In this document: piece after piece, positions 18,249-27,907 of the stretch
Layout: every line of letters starts with the position of its first letter
Position numbering within the stretch: position 1 is the stretch's first letter
Assembly: GCA_023663905.1 (NCBI GenBank)
Contig: JAMPGO010000001.1
Span: 452,601 to 516,600, forward strand
Origin: Ruminococcus flavefaciens
GTDB taxonomy: Bacteria; Bacillota; Clostridia; Oscillospirales; Ruminococcaceae
DNA length: 64,000 bases
Direction: 5' to 3'
Made by a program: the position numbers and the translations under genes
Notes under the pieces: generated by a model
The model's input: only the letters and a program-made list of their open reading frames with translations
Told to the model about the DNA's origin: nothing
Database searches by the model: none

Positions 18249-20234
18249 TTATTCAGCCTCCGCAGAAACTTTCTTTTTTCTGACAGGCTTTCTCTTTTTA
18301 ACAGGTGTTTCAGCGGGTTCTTCCGACTTCACAGTCTTTTTGCGTGTGGTTAATTTAAGGTACATAACCGACAGCGGAGCGAGAGTCATAGAAATGCTGT
18401 TATCAAAGCCGTGCATAGCCTCTTTTTCCGACTTATAGGATTTTGCGGAAGCACCCTTTCCGCCGAACTCAACAGCGTCCGTATTGAACACAACCTTGTA
18501 TGTACCCTTCTTAGGAACACCGATACGATAGTTTTCACGCTGTACAGGGACGAAATTGCAGACCGCAATAATCTCATCGCCGTTGTCGTCGATACGTCTG
18601 AATGCAATAATACTCTGACTGTTGTCGTCGTTGGAAATCCAGCTGAAGCCGTTCCACGAGTCGTCATTCTGCCAGAGAGGAGAATTTTCAGCGTAGAACT
18701 TGTTGAGCTTTTCAGAATATTTCAGCATAGTGCTGTGTTCGGGTGTATCAAGAAGTCCCCAGTCAAGCTGTGTCTGATAATTCCATTCATTCCGCTGTGC
18801 AAATTCCTGACCCATAAAGAGCAGTTTCTTTCCCGGATGAGCCATCATATATGCGAGAAAAGCACGGTATGAAGCAAATTTATCGCCCTCAAGACCCGAC
18901 ATCTTGTTGAACATCGAGCATTTGCCGTAAACAACCTCATCGTGCGAAATCGGCAGGACATAGTTTTCCGAGAACGCATAGAAGAACGAGAATGTCAGCT
19001 TGTCGTGATTGAACGAGCGGTAAATCGGGTCGAGCTTCATATAGCTGAGCATATCGTTCATCCAACCCATATTCCACTTGAAATTAAATCCGAGACCGCC
19101 CATACTTGTGGGCTTGGTAACCATAGGCCAAGCAGTTGATTCTTCGGCAATCATAAGGGCTTCGGGGTGCTTTGAGAAAATGGCTTCATTAAGCCGTCTG
19201 AGGAACTCAACCGCCTCGAGATTCTCATTACCGCCGTTTATATTCGCAGCCCATTCGCCGTCGTGCCTGTCATAGTCAAGATAGAGCATAGAAGCAACAG
19301 CGTCAACCCTGAGACCGTCAACGTGCATTTCCGTGAACCAGTAGTTTGCGCTTGAAATAAGGAACGAGCAGACCTCAGCCTTGCCGTAGTCGAAAACGTG
19401 CGTACCCCACGATTTATGCTCTTTCTTACGGCTGTCGGTGTATTCATAACAGCACGTACCGTCAAATTCGTACAGACCGCTTGCGTCCTTCGGAAAATGA
19501 GCGGGAACCCAGTCAAGGATAACACCGATTCCTGCCTCGTGAAGCATATCAACCATTTTGCGGAAGTCGTCGGGTGTGCCGTAGCGTGAAGTAGGAGCGA
19601 AATAGCCCGTAACCTGATAGCCCCAAGAACCGTCAAACGGAAATTCCGTCAGGGGCATAAACTCAACGTGAGTGTATGACATTTTCTTGAGATAAGGGAT
19701 AATATCTCTGGCAAAATTGATATAGGAAGTGAAAACGCCCTCCTCGCCCGTATTTTTCCACGAATTGAGATGCACCTCGTAAACATTGACAGGGCTTTTG
19801 TAGACAGTTTTGCCTTTTTTCGATTCAAACCACGCAGAATCGTTCCATTCGTAAGTGCTTTCATAGATTTTGGAAGCAGTGCCGGGACGTGTTTCAAAAT
19901 GGCTTGCATACGGGTCGGACTTCAGGATAGTTCTGCCGTCCTTTGTCTCAATGCTGTATTTGTAGATGTCAAACTGTTCAATCTTGGAAATTTCAGCTTC
20001 CCAGATTCCGTCAGAAATGAGCTTCATAGGATTCTTGTTTCTGTCCCATTTATTGAAGTCACCCACAACAGAAACGCTTACGGCATTAGGAGCCCATACT
20101 CTGAACGTAAAAACCTTGCCCCTGCCTTTTTTTCTGGAATGAACGCCAAAAAACTTCCACGCTTCAAAGTTCTTGCCCTGATAGAACAGATAAAGCGGAA
20201 AATCGTTGGGATTGTTATTTTTTTTGACTGACAT
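18249..20234 (-). CDS. glgB: 1,4-alpha-glucan branching enzyme
   Basis: FRVWAPNA, SWGYQ, DWVPAHF, RVDAVASM, AEES, SHDEVV. Confidence 0.97.
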   Translation of the reverse strand: MSVKKNNNPNDFPLYLFYQGKNFEAWKFFGVHSRKKGRGKVFTFRVWAPNAVSVSVVGDFNKWDRNKNPMKLISDGIWEAEISKIEQFDIYKYSIETKDGRTILKSDPYASHFETRPGTASKIYESTYEWNDSAWFESKKGKTVYKSPVNVYEVHLNSWKNTGEEGVFTSYINFARDIIPYLKKMSYTHVEFMPLTEFPFDGSWGYQVTGYFAPTSRYGTPDDFRKMVDMLHEAGIGVILDWVPAHFPKDASGLYEFDGTCCYEYTDSRKKEHKSWGTHVFDYGKAEVCSFLISSANYWFTEMHVDGLRVDAVASMLYLDYDRHDGEWAANINGGNENLEAVEFLRRLNEAIFSKHPEALMIAEESTAWPMVTKPTSMGGLGFNFKWNMGWMNDMLSYMKLDPIYRSFNHDKLTFSFFYAFSENYVLPISHDEVVYGKCSMFNKMSGLEGDKFASYRAFLAYMMAHPGKKLLFMGQEFAQRNEWNYQTQLDWGLLDTPEHSTMLKYSEKLNKFYAENSPLWQNDDSWNGFSWISNDDNSQSIIAFRRIDDNGDEIIAVCNFVPVQRENYRIGVPKKGTYKVVFNTDAVEFGGKGASAKSYKSEKEAMHGFDNSISMTLAPLSVMYLKLTTRKKTVKSEEPAETPVKKRKPVRKKKVSAEAE

Positions 20235-20465
20235 AATATAGCCCCCTTTACTATATACATTGTATCAGAAATCACAGAATTATTCAAGTTTTTTTGCAGA
20301 ATCTCACAAAAATTCAGATAAAACCATAAATAATAGTTACTATTTTTGTGAAATTTGCCACAATTTTCATAGTTAGTATTAACAAATTAAACTGCATTTT
20401 AAATAAAATTTTCAAACGGCAGGTTAACTGAGGTAATCAATTTCACACTTGTTCACACGTTTCTT

Positions 20466-22661
20466 TTAACTTTCAGCCGACCTGATTCTTATGCCGATAA
20501 CGGTGATGTCATCGGAATGGAGCGACGGATTGAACACGTCCGCCTTCTCTGTAATCTCACGGACAATATCTCTGATACTGCTTCCGCTCAGGAGAAGTTC
20601 CTTTATAAAAAGGTAGGCATTTTCGCTTATGCCGTCGGAGAACATTATAATCATATCGCCCTCGCCGAGTTCGTTTTCGGAAGTATAAAGCTCAGCCTGC
20701 TTTGAAATACCTATCGGAAAAGTCGGCGATGATATTTTTATCACGTCGTCGCCCTTCCTGATTATCGTCGCCGCCGCACCCGATTTTATTGAAGTCATAT
20801 TGCAGGTATCGAGGTCGATTTTTACTGCGTCAAGCGTTGCAAACGATTCCTCACGGGATTTTGTTACCATAATCGAATTTACCAGCCTTATCGCCGAGCT
20901 ACAGCTCATTCCGCCGCAGATAAGCCGTCTGAACATACCAATAACAAGATGGGAATCGATAGCGGCATTCTTTCCGCTTCCCATACCGTCCGACAGCACG
21001 ATGTAATTCACTCCTGTACCGTCGGCAAAAACTGCTGAACTGTCTCCGCTTATCTTCGATTCGGGCGAACACACGGAAGCGGAATACACCTCGATTTCAT
21101 ACGGCGGATTCTCATACAGGCAGATACGCATTTCCTTTGCGGAGCTGACAGGAACGGCAACCGAGAAATTCATTTCAAGCTCATCCGAAATAAGGTCGCA
21201 TATACGTGTACGGCTCTCGGGTATCTCATCGACGGAGAAATAAATCTCAACTATAAGCCTGTTTGCGGAATTATAGTATGCTGTAACGTTCGAGGGATTC
21301 ATTCCGTGATTCTCAAGATTTTTGGCAATCTGCCTGCTTTTTGCGCCTGAATAGCGTATATCGGGCTTTTCGCCCGCACTTCTGACAATCTCGCCCGTAA
21401 TTTTCAGCTGTTCGTTAAGAAGCTCACGTTCTTCGGAAAATCTCAGCTTCATAAGCTGTTCGGCAGTACGGTTGCGGATGTCATTCTCCAGCTCCTCTGC
21501 CACATCACGCTTTTTTATACAGTCTCCCGGAAGCACAGGTATCATCTCGCCTGCTGTTTCTGTTTCAGCTCCGCAGATACTACGGCGGTAGCACGAACTG
21601 CACACACGCTTTCTGGGATTGACAGCCTTCGGAATCACATCCTTTCCCGAAGCAAGAACAGCCGAGATTTTTGCAGAATCAAGTCGCACAGCCTCTATCG
21701 CATCGGACAGGAAATTCATCTTAATGCTGTTTATATCAGGCGATTCAGCAGTTTTTTCTCCGCCGACCGATACCCATTTATCGGAATAGTACGGCGCAGT
21801 TATGACGAACAGAGAAGCTCCGCAGACAATGCTGAGGGTAAGCTCGGCGCTGACGGATGAGCCGATTAATACCGCAATCATAAAGCACGACAGCGTGAAA
21901 AATACGGACGTGAGAAAAATTCTGCGGATTCTTATAAAGCCCGTAATAAGCCCTGCAACTGGAAGCATAGCGGCAGTCATTCCAAGCTCGGGCGATACAA
22001 AGAACGCACCGCAGGCTGATAAAGCACCGCAGACTATACCGCCTATGCTGTGGTAATAGAATGCCGACATAAGAGTTATTCCCGAAGCAATGATTATACC
22101 TGCATTTATCGATGAAAATTCCATTGAACAGAGAGAAGCTATGTAGACGATATATACAATTGAATATGTACAGCCGTTTGCGCCGTTCAGGTCAACGACT
22201 TTGCGCTCCTGCAAGTCCGAAATCAGTCCCGAAGCCGAGTATGCCGTAAAGCCCGATATTGTGCCATAGAGTGCATAGAACAGAAGCTTCTGCGGAAATT
22301 CATTGATAAGCACCGAAACCGCCGTTCCTGCAATCATCACAGAGGCGAGGGTTACAATTCCACAGCCTTTCGGAGTACTGCATTTTTCCGAGAACATCTT
22401 TGCTATGACAATAACCGACATTGCCCCGAGCTTTACGATACTTCGCCCGACTAAATCGTTAACCACGCACCGCACTATTCCGCCGATAAGCACCGCAACG
22501 GCGCAGGGCAGATTGACAGCGCCGGCAAGCGATATATCGGCAAAAGAAGCGATTCCCGCAATGTTTGAGCCTGAAAAGACGAATCCGCCTGCGAATGAAA
22601 AGAGAAGTCCCAAAGCTGATTTTATAAACTGATTATGTCCGATTTTTTGTGTTTTAGCCAT
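20466..22661 (-). CDS. spoIIE: Stage II sporulation protein E-like membrane PP2C phosphatase
   Basis: N-terminal multi-TM region, CxxC..C, SGD, LSDGMGSG, FATLD, SDG, DD motifs. Confidence 0.8.
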   Translation of the reverse strand: MAKTQKIGHNQFIKSALGLLFSFAGGFVFSGSNIAGIASFADISLAGAVNLPCAVAVLIGGIVRCVVNDLVGRSIVKLGAMSVIVIAKMFSEKCSTPKGCGIVTLASVMIAGTAVSVLINEFPQKLLFYALYGTISGFTAYSASGLISDLQERKVVDLNGANGCTYSIVYIVYIASLCSMEFSSINAGIIIASGITLMSAFYYHSIGGIVCGALSACGAFFVSPELGMTAAMLPVAGLITGFIRIRRIFLTSVFFTLSCFMIAVLIGSSVSAELTLSIVCGASLFVITAPYYSDKWVSVGGEKTAESPDINSIKMNFLSDAIEAVRLDSAKISAVLASGKDVIPKAVNPRKRVCSSCYRRSICGAETETAGEMIPVLPGDCIKKRDVAEELENDIRNRTAEQLMKLRFSEERELLNEQLKITGEIVRSAGEKPDIRYSGAKSRQIAKNLENHGMNPSNVTAYYNSANRLIVEIYFSVDEIPESRTRICDLISDELEMNFSVAVPVSSAKEMRICLYENPPYEIEVYSASVCSPESKISGDSSAVFADGTGVNYIVLSDGMGSGKNAAIDSHLVIGMFRRLICGGMSCSSAIRLVNSIMVTKSREESFATLDAVKIDLDTCNMTSIKSGAAATIIRKGDDVIKISSPTFPIGISKQAELYTSENELGEGDMIIMFSDGISENAYLFIKELLLSGSSIRDIVREITEKADVFNPSLHSDDITVIGIRIRSAES

Positions 22662-22692
22662 ATTTTATCATCCTTTTTTAAAATTATTTCTA

Positions 22693-22726
22693 ATTATAGC
22701 ACATCTTCTGCGCATATTTTGTCGGA
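22693..22726 (-). promoter_or_regulatory. Putative Spo0A-dependent sigmaA promoter of spoIIE
   Basis: Minus strand TCCGACA (0A-box-like, one mismatch to TTCGACA)-21 nt-TATAAT, the architecture of B. subtilis spoIIE/spoIIG promoters. Confidence 0.5.
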
Positions 22727-22879
22727 ATAACAAGATGAAAAAATTTATATAGAAAAAACCGCAAAAATATTCACGAACACCGTTTTCGGGTTCAAACGAA
22801 CTCTTAAAATAATCTGCTGATTATATATTTTTTTATCTGTACACAAATAATTAATTATATGGGCATATTTCGGCATATA

Positions 22880-22908
22880 TTGACAAAATCCCGAATATGA
22901 TGTATAAT
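22880..22908 (+). promoter_or_regulatory. sigmaA promoter (perfect consensus)
   Basis: TTGACA-17bp-TATAAT. Confidence 0.8.
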
Positions 22909-22951
22909 AGCATTATCATCGATGACATAATTATGATATGGAGGATTCGTT

Positions 22952-24415
22952 ATGGATATTCTTACTTTCCCCGTTATACTCGCAATTATCGGCGTTATAC
23001 TGCTGATAATCATACTTGCTATGGGCTACATAAAAGCTCCGCCCGATACAGCGTACATCATTTCGGGTCTGCGGAAAAAAATCATCATAGGCAGGGCTAG
23101 TATCCGCATACCGTTCTTCGAGCGTGTTGACAAGCTGAAATTACAGCTTATTGCCGTTGATGTCAAGACTTCCAGTGCCGTGCCTACTGCCGACTACATC
23201 AACATCAACGTTGACGCTAACGTAAATATCAAAGTCAGCAGTGACCCTGTGCTTATCAATATCGGCGCAGAAAACTTCCTCAACAAAGAACCTGCCTATA
23301 TTTCCAAGGTTGCAAGGGAAGTTCTTGAAGGCAATATGCGTGAAATCGTCGGACAAATGCCGTTGGAGGCTATGGTGAACGACCGCAAGGCTTTTGCCGA
23401 AAAAGTGCAGGAAAATGCCGCTCCTGACCTCAAGAGAATGGGTCTCGAGATTGTATCGTTCAATGTTCAGAATTTCAGGGACGACCAGAATCTCATTGAA
23501 AATCTCGGTATCGACAATACGACCAAGATTCAGAAAAAGGCTGCTATTGCTAAGGCTGAATCCGAGAAGGAGATTGAGATTGCCAAGGCTCAGGCTAAAA
23601 AAGAAGCCAACGATGCCAAGGTGCTTGCCGAGACTGAAATCGCCCAGAAAAACAACGAACTCGCTATCCGTCAGGCTGAACTCAAAAAGGAATCCGATAC
23701 CCAGATGGCTATTGCCGACGCAGCTTATGAAATTCAGAAAGAGGAACAGCGTAAGACTATCGAGGTATCGAAGGCTAACGCAAATATCGCCGCTTCCGAG
23801 AGGGATGTTGAGCTGAAAACCAAGCAGGCGGAAGTTATGGAAAAAGCCCTTGACGCTCAGATTAAGAAGAAGGCGGAGGCTGAAAAGTACAAGGCACAGC
23901 AGGAAGCCGATGCCAAGCTCTATCAGCTCAAAAAGGAAGCAGAAGCCGACCGTTTCCAGCGTGAGCAGGAAGCTGAAGCACAGAAGGCGGAAGCTGAGGC
24001 TCACAAGTACGCTAAAATGCAGGAAGCCGAAGGTATCGCCGCTGTAGGTCAGGCTGAAGCCGACGCTATCCGTGCAAAAGGTCTCGCCGAAGCTGAGGGT
24101 ATCAATGCAAAAGCCGAAGCTATGAAGAAATACGGCGAAGCTGCCGTACTCGAAATGTACTTCAAGGCTCTTCCCGATATTGTCAAGAATGCCGCCGCTC
24201 CGCTTGAAAACGTTGACAGAATCACTATGTACGGCGACGGTAATTCAAGCCGTATGGTGGGCGATATAATCAGCTCCACAACAAAGATTACGGACGGACT
24301 TTCAGAGGCTACAGGTGTTGATATACGTGCAATCCTCTCGGGATTTCTCAGCTCCAAAATGAGTGCGGAAACTCCTGCTCCCGAATCTTTCGAGGAAGTT
24401 CCGCCCGAAGAATAA
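22952..24415 (+). CDS. Flotillin/SPFH domain protein (FloT-like)
   Basis: N-terminal TM, SPFH domain (LEGNMREIVG), EA-rich coiled coil (AEAEG repeats). Confidence 0.92.
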   Translation: MDILTFPVILAIIGVILLIIILAMGYIKAPPDTAYIISGLRKKIIIGRASIRIPFFERVDKLKLQLIAVDVKTSSAVPTADYININVDANVNIKVSSDPVLINIGAENFLNKEPAYISKVAREVLEGNMREIVGQMPLEAMVNDRKAFAEKVQENAAPDLKRMGLEIVSFNVQNFRDDQNLIENLGIDNTTKIQKKAAIAKAESEKEIEIAKAQAKKEANDAKVLAETEIAQKNNELAIRQAELKKESDTQMAIADAAYEIQKEEQRKTIEVSKANANIAASERDVELKTKQAEVMEKALDAQIKKKAEAEKYKAQQEADAKLYQLKKEAEADRFQREQEAEAQKAEAEAHKYAKMQEAEGIAAVGQAEADAIRAKGLAEAEGINAKAEAMKKYGEAAVLEMYFKALPDIVKNAAAPLENVDRITMYGDGNSSRMVGDIISSTTKITDGLSEATGVDIRAILSGFLSSKMSAETPAPESFEEVPPEE

Positions 24416-24418
24416 AAT

Positions 24419-24497
24419 AAAACGGACAGTTTTCGGGCTGTCCGTTTTTTTAGTTATCGAAAACAACAAGGCGACTGTTGCGGGAACAATCGCCTTT
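24419..24497. terminator. Paired terminators between convergent genes
   Basis: AAAACGGACAG/CTGTCCGTTTT plus T-run; AAGGCGA.TGTT/AACAATCGCCTT. Confidence 0.75.
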
Positions 24498-24521
24498 ATT
24501 TTACAGTGTTATGTTATCGAA

Positions 24522-25523
24522 TCAGCCCTTCATAGCCTCTTCAACAGCAACAGCACAAGCAACAGTAGCGCCAACCATCGGGTTGTTGCCCATACCGATA
24601 AGACCCATCATCTCAACGTGAGCGGGAACGGAAGAAGAACCTGCAAACTGAGCGTCTGAGTGCATACGACCCATTGTATCAGTCATACCATAGGAAGCAG
24701 GACCTGCTGCCATATTGTCGGGGTGAAGTGTACGACCTGTACCACCACCGGAAGCAACAGAGAAGTACTTCTTACCTGCATCTGTGCGCTCCTTCTTGTA
24801 AGTACCTGCAACAGGGTGCTGGAAACGAGTCGGGTTAGTTGAGTTACCTGTGATAGAAACGTCAACGTTTTCCTTCCACATAATAGCAACGCCCTCTGTT
24901 ACGTCGTTTGCGCCGTAGCAGTTAACCTTTGAACGAAGACCCTCGGAATAAGCCTTGCGGAAAACTTCCTTAACTTCGCCTGTGTGGTAGTCCATTTCAG
25001 TTTCAACATATGTAAAGCCGTTGATACGAGCGATAATCTGAGCAGCGTCCTTGCCGAGACCGTTAAGAATAACACGGAGAGGCTTTTGGCGAACCTTGTT
25101 AGCCTTTTCAGCGATACCGATAGCACCTTCAGCGGCAGCGAATGACTCGTGACCTGCGAGGAATGCGAAGCACTCTGTCTCTTCCTCGAGGAGCATTTTG
25201 CCGAGATTGCCGTGACCGAGACCAACTTTTCTCTGGTCAGCAACAGAGCCGGGAATGCAGAAAGCCTGAAGTCCCTCGCCGATTGCAGCAGCAGCGTCAG
25301 CAGCTCTTGTACAGCCCTTCTTGATAGCGATAGCACAGCCTACAGTGTAAGCCCACTTAGCATTCTCGAAGCAGATAGGCTGAATGCCCTCAACGAGCTT
25401 ATAAATATCGAGACCCTTTTCCTTGCAGATGTCGGCGCACTCTTCGATAGAGTTGATTCCGTAAGCCTTGATTACGTCAAGAATCTGCTTTTCACGTCTC
25501 TCATATGATTCAAATAAAGCCAT
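24522..25523 (-). CDS. GGGtGRT-family protein
   Basis: Signature VASGGGTGRTLHPDN; QPICFENA; paired with a NifU-like gene. Confidence 0.92.
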   Translation of the reverse strand: MALFESYERREKQILDVIKAYGINSIEECADICKEKGLDIYKLVEGIQPICFENAKWAYTVGCAIAIKKGCTRAADAAAAIGEGLQAFCIPGSVADQRKVGLGHGNLGKMLLEEETECFAFLAGHESFAAAEGAIGIAEKANKVRQKPLRVILNGLGKDAAQIIARINGFTYVETEMDYHTGEVKEVFRKAYSEGLRSKVNCYGANDVTEGVAIMWKENVDVSITGNSTNPTRFQHPVAGTYKKERTDAGKKYFSVASGGGTGRTLHPDNMAAGPASYGMTDTMGRMHSDAQFAGSSSVPAHVEMMGLIGMGNNPMVGATVACAVAVEEAMKG

Positions 25524-25537
25524 TTTAAGTATCCTCC

Positions 25538-26230
25538 TTATTCTTTTCTCGGGTCAACAATCTTAACAGCGTCAGCAACTCTGCCGTACTGTCCCTGAGC
25601 CTTTTCAAAAGCAGTGTTAGCGTCGTCGCCAGCCTTGATGAAGTCCATCATCTTGCCGAAGTTAACGAACTTGTAGCCGATGATTTCGTTGTCCTCATTG
25701 AGAGCGAGACCTGTAACGTAGCCGTCTGTCATTTCGAGGTAACGAGGACCTTTTGCGAGAGTACCGTACATTGTACCAACCTGTGAGCGGAGACCCTTGC
25801 CCAAATCTTCGAGACCAGCGCCTACAACGAGACCGCCTTCGGAGAAAGCAGACTGTGAACGACCGTAAACAATCTGGAGGAAAAGTTCTCTCATAGCTGT
25901 GTTGATAGCGTCGCATACGAGGTCAGTGTTGAGAGCCTCGAGGATAGTTCTGCCGGGAAGAATTTCAGCAGCCATAGCAGCGGAGTGAGTCATACCTGAA
26001 CAGCCGATTGTTTCAACGAGAGCTTCCTGAATAACGCCCTCCTTGACATTAAGAGTGAGTTTGCAAGTACCCTGCTGAGGTGCGCACCAGCCGATGCCGT
26101 GTGTGAAGCCGGAAATATCCTTGATTTCCTTTGCCTTTACCCATTTTGCTTCCTCCGGAATCGGAGCTGCGCCGTGAGCAACGCCCTGAGCGATAGGACA
26201 CATTGTTTCAACTTCGTGAGAATAAATCAT
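25538..26230 (-). CDS. NifU/IscU-N-like Fe-S scaffold-type protein partnered with GGGtGRT
   Basis: Start ATG 26230 (RBS AAAGGAG); GWCAPQQG.C, TIGCSG, DLVCDA Cys motifs. Confidence 0.8.
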   Translation of the reverse strand: MIYSHEVETMCPIAQGVAHGAAPIPEEAKWVKAKEIKDISGFTHGIGWCAPQQGTCKLTLNVKEGVIQEALVETIGCSGMTHSAAMAAEILPGRTILEALNTDLVCDAINTAMRELFLQIVYGRSQSAFSEGGLVVGAGLEDLGKGLRSQVGTMYGTLAKGPRYLEMTDGYVTGLALNEDNEIIGYKFVNFGKMMDFIKAGDDANTAFEKAQGQYGRVADAVKIVDPRKE

Positions 26231-26360
26231 TTTTAATACTCCTTTCAGATATTTAGAACGGCGAACCGTCCCACATACAATAACATTATACAACATTTCT
26301 GCTTTTTAATCAAGTATTTTTAATGAATAAACAAATGCAATAAGTTAGATTTTGCTAACA

Positions 26361-27170
26361 TCATTTCTTCCTGCTGATTTTTTCGGAAAGCTGTTTTTTC
26401 AGAACCTCGACAGACATAATCAGCTCAAGCTTCGGGAACGAGTGTTCAAGTCGCCTGTTGGTGAAACTCTTTTTATGGGAAATTTCCCTGTATCTGGCAG
26501 TAAGCTCTTCCAGACGTTTTTTCCGCTGTGCATTCTTCCCGTTAAGCTCTTCGCCCTTCGACTGTATCGTTTTTACACCGTTGAACAGTTTCTCGCCTGT
26601 CCTGTCGGAAATCCTGCGCATTTCAGCCGAAATATCATCAAGAATCCTCATCTGCTTCTTTATATGGAGAATCGCCATAACCGTGACAATAAAATCGCTT
26701 GCAAAGCCTGTGCAGATAATAATTAAAATAATTACTCCTGCGCCGTGCGGAATCCAGTTTATGAATTTTTCCACCGACGGATGAATCAGGCGGACGACAA
26801 TCAGGCAGGCAACACCCCACAGGAGCGAGAATTTCAGGCATATATAACCGCCGATGTTGAATTTTTCCTCTGAGTAGTCCCACCAGTGCTGGTTGAATAT
26901 CTTTTCAAGCACAAACCCTGTGATAAATTCGAGGGCTGAAGTCAGGACGACAGAGCCGATATACAGGGCTATTATGTTTTCCCTGAGAGGATTGAGTGAA
27001 ACCGCAACGATTATTACACCGAATCCGTAGATAGGGCAGTAAGGACCGTTAAGGAATCCTCTGTTGACGAATTTTCCGAGTTCAACCGCCTGATACACGA
27101 CTTCGAGACACCAGCCGAAAAATGCGTATATAATAAAAATCCACAGAAACTGATATAAACTGTAGTCTAT
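26361..27170 (-). CDS. Putative ABC-transporter permease-like membrane protein; probable ATA start
   Basis: NRGFLNGPYCPIYGFG, WWDYS, SLLWG motifs. The frame extends upstream through the first TM (YSLYQFLWIFIIYAFFGWCLEV) to ATA 27170 after GAGGTG. Confidence 0.8.
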   Translation of the reverse strand: MDYSLYQFLWIFIIYAFFGWCLEVVYQAVELGKFVNRGFLNGPYCPIYGFGVIIVAVSLNPLRENIIALYIGSVVLTSALEFITGFVLEKIFNQHWWDYSEEKFNIGGYICLKFSLLWGVACLIVVRLIHPSVEKFINWIPHGAGVIILIIICTGFASDFIVTVMAILHIKKQMRILDDISAEMRRISDRTGEKLFNGVKTIQSKGEELNGKNAQRKKRLEELTARYREISHKKSFTNRRLEHSFPKLELIMSVEVLKKQLSEKISRKK

Positions 27171-27183
27171 TGCTTATCACCTC

Positions 27184-27852
27184 TTAATAACCCAGTTCTT
27201 CGCCGACGATAATGACCTTGATTCTGCCCTTATGTCTCTGCTGAGCGGAGATGAGGTAGTTACAGCAGATACGACCGTCGCCCTTACAGCCGTCGGAAAT
27301 CTGTCTGTCAGCCTTTGAAAGCGATACGCACTCGCCTGTTTCGGCGCAGTACGTTTTGCAGTCCAGACGGACGCAGTTAGGCGGAGCGGCTTCGGTCTTT
27401 ACACGGATTTCCGCCTGCTCCAGATTTTTTACAATCTTGTTGTAGCCTGCGATTATAATAACGCTGTCAGGACCGTAAGCGATAGCGGAAATTCTGTTGC
27501 TGTTGCCGTCAACGTTATAGAGAACACCGTCCTCTGTGATAGCATTTGCGCCGGAAATATAGACATCGGCGAAATATGATTTTCTATAGAAGTCCTTGAT
27601 TTCCTCGGGCGGAACTTTTGTTCTGTCCATATAGTTGTATTCGGGCGATGAGATAAGCTCGCCTATACCGCATTCCGCCATAGATACGCAGCCGCCGTGC
27701 GTAATAACATCGCCCTCTTTAAGCAGTGACTTCACGATGTCCTTAACGTCAGCCTTTGTGGGAGCGTAATAGAAATCCATATTATTTTTCCTGAGATTCT
27801 CGCCCGTCCTGCTGATTCTTTTCTCGATGACAGCTCTTTTGTTTTCGTCCAT
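27184..27852 (-). CDS. LUD-domain lactate utilization protein
   Basis: Start ATG 27852 (AAGGAGG); NAITEDG.LYNVDGNSNR, G.NKIV, Cys-rich C-terminus, EELGY end. Confidence 0.85.
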   Translation of the reverse strand: MDENKRAVIEKRISRTGENLRKNNMDFYYAPTKADVKDIVKSLLKEGDVITHGGCVSMAECGIGELISSPEYNYMDRTKVPPEEIKDFYRKSYFADVYISGANAITEDGVLYNVDGNSNRISAIAYGPDSVIIIAGYNKIVKNLEQAEIRVKTEAAPPNCVRLDCKTYCAETGECVSLSKADRQISDGCKGDGRICCNYLISAQQRHKGRIKVIIVGEELGY

Positions 27853-27907
27853 AAAAAATACCTCCTTATAAAATATGCGGAGCATTTTCACACTCCGCAT
27901 AATGAAA

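Noticed and set aside
20346-20363. Rex-like operator TTGTGAAATTTGCCACAA upstream of glgB (similar palindrome at ~29355)
   Set aside because: Mismatches or wrong spacing in AT-rich DNA; cannot be distinguished from chance without a PWM scan.
23141-24004. Long antisense or alternative-frame ORFs (e.g. 287 aa here, 32936-33670, 54973-55668)
   Set aside because: Shadows of strongly biased coding strands, with no RBS or recognisable domains.
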